Below, in pieces: positions 1 to 9,621 of a DNA stretch of 64,000 nt (the first letter of the stretch is position 1; each line of letters begins with the position of its first letter). A program made the translations under genes and the position numbers. The DNA lies in the IMG/VR virus record IMGVR_UViG_3300021197_000864, positions 1-64,000 of that record; one strand, given 5' to 3'. Under the pieces are notes generated by a model. It saw only the letters and a program-made list of their open reading frames with translations. It made no database searches and was not told the origin of the DNA. The stretch comes from a virus.

Positions 1-1088
1 AATTTTTTAGCAAATTTTGCAGGGTCTATTTTTGATTGTTTAAACAGTTTTTCTCTTTCACGTAATACTTCCCAATCTTTTTTATAAGACTCCTCATTCA
101 CATCTACTAAATTTTTAACATATTCTATGCCTTGGTTCTTTAATTCTCTTGGGTCTAAAGTTATATTCTTAAACAGTTTTGCACTATCTTCAAGTATTTT
201 TTTTGCTTGTTCCATGTTAATTTGAAATTTATCAGAAGCACTTTGATTTCCTTCACCTTTTATCCTATTTTTATCAGTTAGAGCAAATCCAGTTTCTTTA
301 TTTAGATGTGCTAATAGTTTATCTTGGTATTCTCCTTCACCCCCAACACCTGCTAATCTTCCGGCCACTAGTTCAGGATTATTTTTATTAAACGTAGCAG
401 TTAACTCTGCAATTTTATTATTTTGTTCACTTGCAAACTTGGATACTTCAGTAGATGAGGTAGCCATTTGCTTCAAGAATTTTTGATTTAACATAAAACC
501 CGTAACAACTGCCGCAGTTTGTAATGTAGTTGATTCTAATATGCTTTTACTCATTGGGTCTTCTACAATGGTTTTACCTGATACTTTACCTTTACCTAAT
601 ATCTTATCTAATAATCCTCTACTTTTACCAATTCTTTTCAATATCTGAGCAATTGCCTTTTCATCCCCAACCTCTAAAGAGATAGCAGAAAACACATCTG
701 ATTTTTCTTTTAATTTTTCAATTGACTCTTTATCCATGTTTACAGAGGCTTTTTTAAATTGGGCTTCTAATTTAAGAAGTTCTTTTCTTTCTTTGATTAT
801 CTTAGCCATTTCTTTCATTCTAAGATTGTCTTGTAATGCTGCTCTTTCTTGTATAGAAACTAATTGTATCATCGTTAGAACAGTTGCTTTTGCTTTATTC
901 AATACTTTCCAAGCACCTGTTCCTGATAAGAATCTACTAATAATCTCATAATTTTTACCACTAACTAAAGTGTTTACACCTTTTAATGATGATTTTAACA
1001 TCATAGCATCTTTACTAGATTGAACTAATAATTTATCCATTCCTTTCAAGGAATCTTCTAATTCATTAATTTCATCTGTCATACCCAT
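1..1088 (-). CDS. tail tape measure protein (N-terminal part; runs off window)
   Basis: Open minus frame from ATG at 1088 (MGMTDEINELEDSLKGMDK...), AGGTGA RBS; helical K/A/E-rich; follows tail tube and chaperone genes. Confidence 0.7.
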   Translation of the reverse strand, partial: MGMTDEINELEDSLKGMDKLLVQSSKDAMMLKSSLKGVNTLVSGKNYEIISRFLSGTGAWKVLNKAKATVLTMIQLVSIQERAALQDNLRMKEMAKIIKERKELLKLEAQFKKASVNMDKESIEKLKEKSDVFSAISLEVGDEKAIAQILKRIGKSRGLLDKILGKGKVSGKTIVEDPMSKSILESTTLQTAAVVTGFMLNQKFLKQMATSSTEVSKFASEQNNKIAELTATFNKNNPELVAGRLAGVGGEGEYQDKLLAHLNKETGFALTDKNRIKGEGNQSASDKFQINMEQAKKILEDSAKLFKNITLDPRELKNQGIEYVKNLVDVNEESYKKDWEVLREREKLFKQSKIDPAKFAKK

Positions 1089-1093
1089 AAAAA

Positions 1094-1300
1094 TCACCTT
1101 CCTTTCTTTGCTTTATTAAATTCTTCTGATTCTATTCTTTTAACTTCACCATGTATCTCTAACATCTGCGATACTAAAGTTGCGGGAGTATGATAAGCCT
1201 CTAAAGGACTAACACTAAAAGTTGTTGAATAAGTATATATCATTATTCGTGATGCAATATATGGTGGAACACTACCACCCTTTAATGCTTTACGAATCAA
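1094..1300 (-). CDS. tail assembly chaperone, -1 frameshift extension (gpT-like)
   Basis: In the -1 frame behind slippery G GGA AAC at the end of 1297..1662; precedes tape measure. Confidence 0.7.
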   Translation of the reverse strand: MIRKALKGGSVPPYIASRIMIYTYSTTFSVSPLEAYHTPATLVSQMLEIHGEVKRIESEEFNKAKKGR

Positions 1301-1662
1301 CTTTCGTTTCCCGTATCATCCCCCATCATATCTGTAAAGGGGTTAGGTAACACTTCTTTTAATTGTGTACCTACATACGGACTTAAACGCAATAATTCTA
1401 ATGCACTTAAACTAGGTTCAGTTTTCTCAACAAAATTTTCAACCATAAACCTATACATTTTATTTAAATCTAAACCAAATGAATTGGTTGATGAATCAAT
1501 ATCCATCACGGTTGATAAGGCTTGTTCCACCTGTAACCAAGTTGGTTCTTTAACCCAAACCATTAGGTATTCATCAGAATCGGGTTCTACCCTCAAATGA
1601 TGGCATTCAGTATTTACGGCTGCAAACAATTTACTCTTATCACTAATTACTTTCTTTTCCAT
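1297..1662 (-). CDS. tail assembly chaperone (gpG-like)
   Basis: 121 aa acidic protein between tail tube and tape measure, with slippery site at 3' end. Confidence 0.7.
   Translation of the reverse strand: MEKKVISDKSKLFAAVNTECHHLRVEPDSDEYLMVWVKEPTWLQVEQALSTVMDIDSSTNSFGLDLNKMYRFMVENFVEKTEPSLSALELLRLSPYVGTQLKEVLPNPFTDMMGDDTGNES
1306..1312 (-). other. programmed -1 ribosomal frameshift heptamer GGGAAAC
   Basis: X XXY YYZ in frame (acG GGA AAC); -1 frame reads GKRKLIRKALK into 1094..1300. Confidence 0.75.
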
Positions 1663-1804
1663 TTTTCCACCTTCAATAAACTAACAAACAAACAAACGAC
1701 TGTTAGTGGAATATAATATACTACTTTTTTCTATTTATGCCTCCATAATTAGAAAGGTGGTGAGGGTAGTAATTGCAGCCGCCCCCACCATGTAAATACC
1801 TCTA

Positions 1805-3244
1805 TCAATCATTGTTTATAATAACCCATTTACCTTTGTATTTGCAATCAGATAGACTTCTAGCAGATATAGTTGCTTCTACCTCTATTGGCCCTTTATC
1901 ACTAGGGAAAGGTACATTTACACTTTGAATGATATAATCATCTAATTCTATCTCTATGAAATCATCATCAGATTTTTCAAATCGCAATTTAATTTTACCT
2001 GTATCTGTATCATATTCTTCTTGCTCTCTCAATTCTTTCCATATTGCAGTATCAGTAATTAATAGTGTTAATGATAATTCATATGTCCTTTGAGCAGGTA
2101 TATGCGCATTCATTATTTGTCTATTAGTATTACCAATAAATCTTTGTTGAGTAAAGTTATTATTAATAGTTAATGAACCTGATTTAACCCTAGCATAAGT
2201 CTGACCGAATAATGTAATAGAACCATCAGAATACATATATGGTGTAGTTGTTGAAGTATCATAATTAAACAACCCTGTTGCCCCTTCTTCGGCTCTATGA
2301 GGAACATAATCAGTAGGGGCATCAAAAGCCCTTCGAGTTACTAATTCAAGAGAAGTTTTTAATTCTTGACTTTCTTCAAAATTTAATGTCATAGTATTAA
2401 CCTGACATCCTGTAAATATTCTTGAATACATAGATGCTCCACCATCATCTACAACAAGCCTATTGGTATTAGATGCTTTATTATAACTTACATCTAAAGC
2501 AAACGAAGGTAATTCTTGACCATTTAATTCTTTAAATGTATATTGTATTGTGCCAGTACCAATCTCTTTTAAAGGGTCTGTATCTAAAACAGGAGGAAAC
2601 TCATTTCCACCAATTACTCTTAAAAATTTAGTGCTATTGTTACCCGCAGTGACAGTTTTACTACTACTACCCATAGCAGTACTTGTTGCTGTATGTTCTA
2701 CCGCATCAATCTTACCTAAAGCATAGTAAAACCAAGAACCATTATTCAAAGAAATATCTAAAGAGCCACCACTAACTGTTTCTGCACCTTTGTATTGGTG
2801 TGCAAAGTTTCGTGAACCTGAAACTGCTAGATTAAGTTGTTTCATTTCAACTTCAACATTAGGAGGAGTAAACTCATTGACTAGACCTAACCAATTATCT
2901 GATAATAAAGCGTTTCTATTAGCACTTGCTCGAACAAACTGTGAAGTAGGTACAGGTGCGCCAAACTTTTGAATTGTTGCTCTTATAGAACCTGATGTTA
3001 AAGCAGTAGTTGCATCTATGGTTATTGTTGATTCAGAATTATCTACTATGGTGTGATATTCAGTAGTACTACCTTGGAATAATTTCACTTCACAACCTAT
3101 ATACAAATCAGGAACTAGTTTTATTGTAGTATCATTAAATGTAATTACTTTACCTGTAAATTGACAGGTAGTACCTAGTAAAATATTGCTTTCAGGTATC
3201 ATTGTTGCTTGTGTGCCACTACCGACATATACTTCATTACTCAT
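1805..3244 (-). CDS. major tail (tube) protein
   Basis: 479 aa beta/Thr/Ser-rich; FTGCQVNTMTLNF, GSLTINNN and GPIEVEATISA patterns typical of siphovirus tail tubes; synteny. Confidence 0.75.
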   Translation of the reverse strand: MSNEVYVGSGTQATMIPESNILLGTTCQFTGKVITFNDTTIKLVPDLYIGCEVKLFQGSTTEYHTIVDNSESTITIDATTALTSGSIRATIQKFGAPVPTSQFVRASANRNALLSDNWLGLVNEFTPPNVEVEMKQLNLAVSGSRNFAHQYKGAETVSGGSLDISLNNGSWFYYALGKIDAVEHTATSTAMGSSSKTVTAGNNSTKFLRVIGGNEFPPVLDTDPLKEIGTGTIQYTFKELNGQELPSFALDVSYNKASNTNRLVVDDGGASMYSRIFTGCQVNTMTLNFEESQELKTSLELVTRRAFDAPTDYVPHRAEEGATGLFNYDTSTTTPYMYSDGSITLFGQTYARVKSGSLTINNNFTQQRFIGNTNRQIMNAHIPAQRTYELSLTLLITDTAIWKELREQEEYDTDTGKIKLRFEKSDDDFIEIELDDYIIQSVNVPFPSDKGPIEVEATISARSLSDCKYKGKWVIINND

Positions 3245-3255
3245 TTTTTATCACC

Positions 3256-3771
3256 TTAGATGCTTCTAGCGAACCGCTTTAACTCAATGGAAAGTTTGTA
3301 TCCTAATAACCTTTTTCCTCTATCATTGGCTTCGCTTCTTCCTGTTAGTTTAATCAACTCTGCACTCTCTTCCGTAGAAGTCCCTGCATTTACCGTAGGA
3401 TTTAGACCATTACTTTCTATAATATATCTAGCAATTCTGTATAGTGCTTGTAGCCTATCTCTAGAAAATGTTAACTCGGCAAAATCCCTACGATGCAATA
3501 CTCTCAAATGTAAAGTAAAGGTATAAGTTTCATTTCTAACAGAATAATCTATGGTAGGATATTCAGTAGAATTACTATCTTCAAAAACAACTATTACTGA
3601 TTGAGAATCAACATCAACTCTTCTCCCTTCATTGGGAGCAATAGACCGAACATCAATAAATCTTGGAGTTGCAATATGTGATGAAGTTATATCTCCTCTA
3701 GATTGTAAAGTGCTTGCAGCAGATGACCAATTATCACTCAATAATTCAATGATAAATGTTACTTCATCCAT
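3256..3771 (-). CDS. putative tail terminator/completion protein
   Basis: 171 aa directly upstream of tail tube; alpha/beta pattern. Confidence 0.5.
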   Translation of the reverse strand: MDEVTFIIELLSDNWSSAASTLQSRGDITSSHIATPRFIDVRSIAPNEGRRVDVDSQSVIVVFEDSNSTEYPTIDYSVRNETYTFTLHLRVLHRRDFAELTFSRDRLQALYRIARYIIESNGLNPTVNAGTSTEESAELIKLTGRSEANDRGKRLLGYKLSIELKRFARSI

Positions 3772-3956
3772 GATGAAACCTCTTTAGTAATTTCTTTCTC
3801 TAACTCTTTTTGAAATATATCCATAGCATTTTTTAAAGTATCTTCTTCTGAAAAACTCATATCAAAACCCAAATCATCTTCTATCTCTTTTAACAAAAGA
3901 TTTCTCTGTTTTTGGATTTCCAAAATCTCATTAAATCTAGCCATCAATTTTTTCAT
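3759..3956 (-). CDS. hypothetical protein
   Basis: Tightly packed ORF in neck operon. Confidence 0.55.
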   Translation of the reverse strand: MKKLMARFNEILEIQKQRNLLLKEIEDDLGFDMSFSEEDTLKNAMDIFQKELEKEITKEVSSWMK

Positions 3957-3960
3957 AATA

Positions 3961-5031
3961 TCACAAACTATAAATTACTATTTTCTTGCCATTTAGAGTT
4001 TCCATTGCTTCTTTTACTAATATATCATGCTTAGTTTTTAAGTCAATATTAGAACCTGTTTCAGCAATTAATATTGAATTATCATCATGTCTTATTATTT
4101 CAGCAGCAACCAATTTAGTTGCGGCATCATGTATAACTCCGGGTACTCTTCTATCTCCACTAACATAAGTTATTTTACAAGAATGATTTTGAACATAAGG
4201 ATAATTTTTCAAAAAGAATATTTTACCCTCACTGTTAATAGTCCAATAATCACCTAATCGTCTTTGGTCTTGATTGTCTGTAAAGTTTGTTTTAGAACCT
4301 GCACTAACAGTTATAGTACAATCTGAACCATCATCCCCCGGTAAAAGGGAAGATATAATCACTTTACTGCTGTCTTCTGTATCAGTAGATGCATAAAAGA
4401 AATCAGATATGTTTCTAGTTAATCCACCACTAGTAGCAGTTTTAGATTTAGCCGCAGTCTCACCTGTAAATTGTGCAGTTTGTTGTGGAAATACTTCATT
4501 AATTGCATCTGCTACTTGACTAGCAGTAGTCTTTTTACCAAATGAACCAAAGAAATGAACACCTTCTGTTAATACAAATGAAAAATTACCTACTCCTAAT
4601 GTTAAATTATATCCTGAACCTGTTGCAGGTGGAGAATAAGAAGCAGTAGCAGAAGCCAAATCAACATAACTATTACCTTGCCAAACTTCTAATCTAACTA
4701 TTTTCATTATTTTAGGTCTTTCTAATTGTATAAAACCCACATAGTCTTTGTATGGTTGTACCGGATACTGAGCATGTCTAAAGAACTCAAAATTATGTAC
4801 TTCATCTCTGTATATTATTGGTCTAAAAGGATGACCTACTTTATCATCTATCTTATCTTCAACTCTTTTAATTATTTTACCTACTTCTGCTCTTGTAGGA
4901 GTCGTACTATCCGTAAACGCACTAATTTGTAATAAGTTAGAAATATCAGTATGTGTTGTATAATATCCAAAACCTATATTATAATTCACATCAATATTGG
5001 TGAAATCACTTGGTGATGATGCTTTACCCAT
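3961..5031 (-). CDS. putative head-tail adaptor with inserted beta domain
   Basis: N-terminal YTTxxDI...IxRVEDxID and C-terminal VPxxIxxAATKLVA helices resemble gp6/gp15-like adaptors; neck position. Confidence 0.55.
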   Translation of the reverse strand: MGKASSPSDFTNIDVNYNIGFGYYTTHTDISNLLQISAFTDSTTPTRAEVGKIIKRVEDKIDDKVGHPFRPIIYRDEVHNFEFFRHAQYPVQPYKDYVGFIQLERPKIMKIVRLEVWQGNSYVDLASATASYSPPATGSGYNLTLGVGNFSFVLTEGVHFFGSFGKKTTASQVADAINEVFPQQTAQFTGETAAKSKTATSGGLTRNISDFFYASTDTEDSSKVIISSLLPGDDGSDCTITVSAGSKTNFTDNQDQRRLGDYWTINSEGKIFFLKNYPYVQNHSCKITYVSGDRRVPGVIHDAATKLVAAEIIRHDDNSILIAETGSNIDLKTKHDILVKEAMETLNGKKIVIYSL

Positions 5032-5046
5032 TTAATTCACCCCAAA

Positions 5047-6777
5047 TCAAAACCTATCCACCATCCGTTCTAAACTTCTGTATGTCGCCTTTAGTCTATT
5101 AATTGTTCCTACATCTTTCAATTGGTATTCCCCCGTTGAACTATCTTTTTCTGATGATATTGTTTTTGACCCACCACGTTCTGTCATTCTTTTACCCCTA
5201 CGTTCAGGAGATAAAAATGTTTTATTAACATTAAAATTATACTCACTTAAATATTCTTTTGCTATTTCATCTATCTTTATTACAGGAAATACATTACTAG
5301 TCATTTTTAATCTACCTGCATCTGTAATTTCTTTTGTTCCAAGAGCATTTGAGCCATCTTCTTTTCTACCTGATACAATTCTTTTTTGTCTAGGTGTATT
5401 ATACCATGCTAAAAATTCTTGAGGTTCTTTATTTATAGCAGCATCAACAAAACTTGCCCCATATGTTTCTATAATATCTTCTAAAATATCTCTTTCAGAA
5501 CTTATATCAGTAACATCTTCATCTCCCTCATCGGACTCAATAATTAATCTATTTTGTTCATCAATTGATACAGAAGCATTTGCGTTATCTCTAATTGATT
5601 TTTCTGCTTCTAATACTTTTTTTCTATCTCTAGATGCCTCTACCAAATCTTTAGCAGTATCTTTCGCTTCACCACTACTATAATCACCAGTTATTGCTGC
5701 TATATCAGATTTATTTAATTTCATCTTTTTATATGTAATATCCAAACTACCTGTTTTTAATTTACCATTTTCAGGCTGAACAAAACTCATGATTGCATCT
5801 TTTATAGGATTAGTTACAGGTTTATTTAAATCTAAAGATATATCTTCCATAGTAAAAGATTCAAAATATGACTTTGCTTCTGCAAAATCTGTAAAACTTT
5901 TATCTTCTCCTAAACCGTAGAAAATATATTCATCATCACCATCTTCATTAACTTCTACACGCATTGCGTAAATAATACCTGATTTTCCTGTAACTTTTTT
6001 AGAATCCCGAATACCTCTTTCTTGTATATCTTTAGCATCAAATATAGTACCTACTTTTACCTTTACTGTTTTCTTAAATGATTTTCTTTTACCTGACTTT
6101 AAATTGCCTTTTCTATCCATTATCTTTGCATCTTTTAACATTTTTTCTATGTATTTTTCAGAATCAAATATAATACCGCTATTACCACTATTAACATAGT
6201 CACTTAGATTAGAACTCAACATAGGTTTTCCTGAAAGAAATGCATCTAATGTACTATTATCACTACCTTCTACTTCTAAAGTATAGTTGATAACTCTATC
6301 TACTTTGGCTTTATTCTCTAAATCTTTTACTTTAAATTTAATATCATCCATTCTTTTTTTAGTAATATCACTAAAAATAGTTGATTCATTTAAAAGATTT
6401 CTTTTCTTTAAATCATTAATCAAAGATATTAAATTTTGTTGTTGTATTACAGTTAGAAACCTATCCATATACATTCCATATGATTCATGAGAATAATATG
6501 GTCTATTTTCATTACTTAAATCAATTTCTGAACTATTAATATCTAAATTATCAAACTTTTTTTTATTTAATGTATCATAAACAAGGTCATCTAGATTATT
6601 CATTCTAGGATTATTAGGCTGTATTTCATGAAAAATATAAGTAACTAAATGCTCATATAATTTTACATTTTCCATAAGCCTAACATGACCATACGTTAAA
6701 TATGTAGGTTCTAATATAATGTCTGATTGAGTCGGGCTATTATCATCTTCAACAAATATTCGTTCTGCTTCTGCCAT
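5047..6777 (-). CDS. hypothetical protein (576 aa)
   Basis: Long ORF with GGTGA RBS; no recognisable motif. Confidence 0.75.
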   Translation of the reverse strand: MAEAERIFVEDDNSPTQSDIILEPTYLTYGHVRLMENVKLYEHLVTYIFHEIQPNNPRMNNLDDLVYDTLNKKKFDNLDINSSEIDLSNENRPYYSHESYGMYMDRFLTVIQQQNLISLINDLKKRNLLNESTIFSDITKKRMDDIKFKVKDLENKAKVDRVINYTLEVEGSDNSTLDAFLSGKPMLSSNLSDYVNSGNSGIIFDSEKYIEKMLKDAKIMDRKGNLKSGKRKSFKKTVKVKVGTIFDAKDIQERGIRDSKKVTGKSGIIYAMRVEVNEDGDDEYIFYGLGEDKSFTDFAEAKSYFESFTMEDISLDLNKPVTNPIKDAIMSFVQPENGKLKTGSLDITYKKMKLNKSDIAAITGDYSSGEAKDTAKDLVEASRDRKKVLEAEKSIRDNANASVSIDEQNRLIIESDEGDEDVTDISSERDILEDIIETYGASFVDAAINKEPQEFLAWYNTPRQKRIVSGRKEDGSNALGTKEITDAGRLKMTSNVFPVIKIDEIAKEYLSEYNFNVNKTFLSPERRGKRMTERGGSKTISSEKDSSTGEYQLKDVGTINRLKATYRSLERMVDRF

Positions 6778-6790
6778 TTACTCACCATAT

Positions 6791-7504
6791 TTACGCCAAC
6801 CATTTAGCCCAAGCAACTGCTTTACCAATTCCCTGTGCTATCCCCAATCCACTTTGAGGTGGTGTATATGTTGGTTGACCTGTTTGTGGGTCAATCCAAT
6901 ATGGATTATTAAACTGGTCATAACCTGATGGTGGTATAGGATAACCACTACCATTGTTCATAGCCATTTGTTGTTGCATTACTTGTTGATTCATTCCACC
7001 CATTGCAGGTGCGCCTTGTATATTTGCAGGATTCATACCTTGAGGATTACCCATTGCAGGATTCATACCTTGAGGACTACCTTGTGCCATTGAACCTGAA
7101 CTAGATGCAAATCCTTGAGACTCTAAATATTGTTCTTTTGCCATCTTTCTTTGCATAATAACTTCGGTATTAAGTGCAGCACCTAGAATATTCTGCAAAT
7201 CTAATGTAATATTTTCAGCAGTAATAGATTCATATTCTCTCAATGAATCAGGATGTACTTCTAAATCTCCACCTGCACCTTGAATAAATTTTAATTGTGG
7301 TAGCATTTGTCCTAATACTCTTTGTGTAACATCTTCTAACAATTTTTCAAATGCTGTTAAAAATGCTTCACCATGATAATAGAAGAACTCTTCTACATGA
7401 TTTTCTTGTAGTGTCAATAAATTATTCATTGACTTAAATTGCGTTTGTTGGTTTTGTGTTATCTGATTCGATAACGACCCATTACTTGTACCTAGCCACC
7501 CCAT
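6791..7504 (-). CDS. Q/M/G/N low-complexity protein with C-terminal amphipathic helix
   Basis: PQGMNPA repeats, YWIDPQTGQPTY motif, ends GIAQGIGKAVAWAKWLA. Confidence 0.75.
   Translation of the reverse strand: MGWLGTSNGSLSNQITQNQQTQFKSMNNLLTLQENHVEEFFYYHGEAFLTAFEKLLEDVTQRVLGQMLPQLKFIQGAGGDLEVHPDSLREYESITAENITLDLQNILGAALNTEVIMQRKMAKEQYLESQGFASSSGSMAQGSPQGMNPAMGNPQGMNPANIQGAPAMGGMNQQVMQQQMAMNNGSGYPIPPSGYDQFNNPYWIDPQTGQPTYTPPQSGLGIAQGIGKAVAWAKWLA
7024..7076. repeat. 23-bp direct repeat, period 30, encoding PQGMNPA
   Basis: ttgcaggattcataccttgagga at 7024 and 7054. Confidence 0.9.
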
Positions 7505-8169
7505 TCGTCTTCCTCCTTATTTTCTTGTATTTGTGTTCCTTCTATTAATAATTTTTTAACTCTTTCATTATGTGCATTATTTTCTACAATTAATCTAAAC
7601 AATTCTTCCTCTCTTGTTTCTGTATTCATTTGTGGGGGTTTTATAGTCCATCCTAATGCTGATAAGTTTTGTATGTCCTGTTGTTTCAAAGTAGTTAATG
7701 GCCCACTTGCAATTGGATTTAGTGATTTCATACTAGGTACATAAGCACTAAATGATAATCCATGTTCCTCCGCAAGCATCTGTTGTTCTAACATTTCATA
7801 TTGCCTATGCATATGAGAATGCTTATCACAATAAGTACCTCTCATTGGGTAGCCCTTCCTAACTTTATGTAAAGGTATCGGTGGTCTAGTTGCATCAGAA
7901 GCATTCCAACGCTTTTGTGTACCGCATACTACACACCTATCTTTTACATTAAATGCAAACTTATATGGGATTTTTAAAAATGTTTTTTTCTCAGGTTTGA
8001 GAATAGCAACAATTTCTTTTAATTGTTTTTTTGGCTTGTTACTTTTAAATTCATATTTCATTATAGAACCCGGTGCGCGAGCCATTTCTTTGGGAGGTAA
8101 AAATGGATTGGCTTCAACATATGCGTTAGTAGAACCAATTAAACTAGGAGGCTGATAATTCATACTCAT
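7492..8169 (-). CDS. zinc-finger protein, ArfGAP-like signature (tentative)
   Basis: CVVCG..RWNAS...GTYCDKHSHMHR versus ArfGAP CxxC..WAS...GxxxCxxCSxxHR. Confidence 0.5.
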   Translation of the reverse strand: MSMNYQPPSLIGSTNAYVEANPFLPPKEMARAPGSIMKYEFKSNKPKKQLKEIVAILKPEKKTFLKIPYKFAFNVKDRCVVCGTQKRWNASDATRPPIPLHKVRKGYPMRGTYCDKHSHMHRQYEMLEQQMLAEEHGLSFSAYVPSMKSLNPIASGPLTTLKQQDIQNLSALGWTIKPPQMNTETREEELFRLIVENNAHNERVKKLLIEGTQIQENKEEDEWGG

Positions 8170-8267
8170 TGTTCAATCCCATCCATTTCTTTACATTCAA
8201 TACAATTACAAAATTCACTCATAGAACAATTTAATGTTGTATAATATCTTTTTTCTTTTCTTTTCAT
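8166..8267 (-). CDS. 33-aa Cys-rich microprotein (not in ORF track)
   Basis: MKRKEKRYYTTLNCSMSEFCNCIECKEMDGIEQ; AGGTGA RBS; ATGA overlap with next gene. Confidence 0.6.
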   Translation of the reverse strand: MKRKEKRYYTTLNCSMSEFCNCIECKEMDGIEQ

Positions 8268-8275
8268 TTAATCAC

Positions 8276-8947
8276 CTAATAATCTTTAATCATTGTTAAT
8301 ACGCCACGATATACCATTTCTGAATCTGATTTTGCACTTACTATATATTTGAAGCATGGTATTCCTTTCTCATTTAATTTTGTCATTCCACTTTTAAAAG
8401 TCTCAAATATTGGATGGTCTTTAATTTCTCCTTCATGTGGGTATTTGTCTTTCCATAAATCATATTTGTTAGCCCATATACCTACTGCTATTGGATAATC
8501 ATGAGATTTTTTTCTACCCTTTTTATTTATAGCATCCCAATAAGGAGAACATATTGTATCAACTAAAAAAGTCCAACACAACTGCTGCTCAATATCATAA
8601 TGCTTATCCATATGTCTGTCATCAATCATGAATATGATATACTTAACCTTTCTAGTTTTCATATCCCCAATCCATTCAGACCAAAATACTGTTTCTCCTC
8701 CTACATCTGCTGTTTTAACTGTATGTGCATCCCCATCTAATTTAACATATTTCCTACTTGCCTTTTCACGACCAACAGTTCTTTTCTTAATTTCCGGTAC
8801 TTCACCTCTCGTTCTTAATTGATGATGTAATGTGGTTTTTCCTACCTTTGTTGCACCATAGATACCAAAAGGAATAGAATGCATTCTGTTCCACATCTTT
8901 GCTACGCCTTCTGCTACTAATATAACAAACCCCGCCATTACTGACAT
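8276..8947 (-). CDS. Ras-superfamily (Arf-like) small GTPase
   Basis: G1 GATKVGKT, G2 RTVG, G3 DVGGE, G4 NKYD, G5 SAK; N-terminal hydrophobic/amphipathic helix. Confidence 0.9.
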   Translation of the reverse strand: MSVMAGFVILVAEGVAKMWNRMHSIPFGIYGATKVGKTTLHHQLRTRGEVPEIKKRTVGREKASRKYVKLDGDAHTVKTADVGGETVFWSEWIGDMKTRKVKYIIFMIDDRHMDKHYDIEQQLCWTFLVDTICSPYWDAINKKGRKKSHDYPIAVGIWANKYDLWKDKYPHEGEIKDHPIFETFKSGMTKLNEKGIPCFKYIVSAKSDSEMVYRGVLTMIKDY

Positions 8948-8953
8948 AATTAA

Positions 8954-9187
8954 TCACCATAGATGATGCCACCAATTAACGATTGCAGTCCAAGTAGAAT
9001 TATAAAGATTAATTCCCCAAAAAGGCAAAGCATGCCCTACAAAAAAACTAGTAATACATGCGGCAGTTGACCAAAGAAAAAATCTAGTTCTTAAAAACCA
9101 TATATCAGCAGAATGCGCTCTTTGTAAATCATATGCTAATGTGGATTCATCGAATCCCATTAATAATTCAGAAACCATATACCTCAC
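8954..9187 (-). CDS. small membrane protein
   Basis: Hydrophobic segment FFLWSTAACITSFFVGHALPF; Trp-rich C-terminus. Confidence 0.7.
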   Translation of the reverse strand: MRYMVSELLMGFDESTLAYDLQRAHSADIWFLRTRFFLWSTAACITSFFVGHALPFWGINLYNSTWTAIVNWWHHLW

Positions 9188-9615
9188 TCATTCATAGTCA
9201 AGAATGTAGGGCTTATGGTATTATCAACAGGTTGCTGATATGTTTGACCAAATGCAGGTACGGGATTTTGTATGAAGTTATTTCCGTAAGTTTGGTCATA
9301 TTGACGCATTGTATCTCTAACTCTCTTTCGATTTTCTTCTTCTTTCTGTTTTCTAGACCAATATGCATCTATCTTTCTTTGCAATAAAATATCTTCTATT
9401 CTATCAAATAAAGTTAAATCGAATATTGCTTTCAGTATCATTATACCTCCTATGGTTAATATCCCAAACAATAGTGCATGGGTATAACCTGCATATGGAA
9501 ACATAAATCCATATTGGGTATAAAAATAAATATTAACGCCACTTACTGCGCCAACAAATAAAATCGTCATTACTAATCTTGTATCATCTTCTAAACTTGG
9601 CATTCTTTTTTCCAC
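9184..9615 (-). CDS. two-TM membrane protein with coiled-coil tail
   Basis: Two hydrophobic helices then charged helix and Q/P/N tail. Confidence 0.75.
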   Translation of the reverse strand: MEKRMPSLEDDTRLVMTILFVGAVSGVNIYFYTQYGFMFPYAGYTHALLFGILTIGGIMILKAIFDLTLFDRIEDILLQRKIDAYWSRKQKEEENRKRVRDTMRQYDQTYGNNFIQNPVPAFGQTYQQPVDNTISPTFLTMNE

Positions 9616-9621
9616 CTATAT

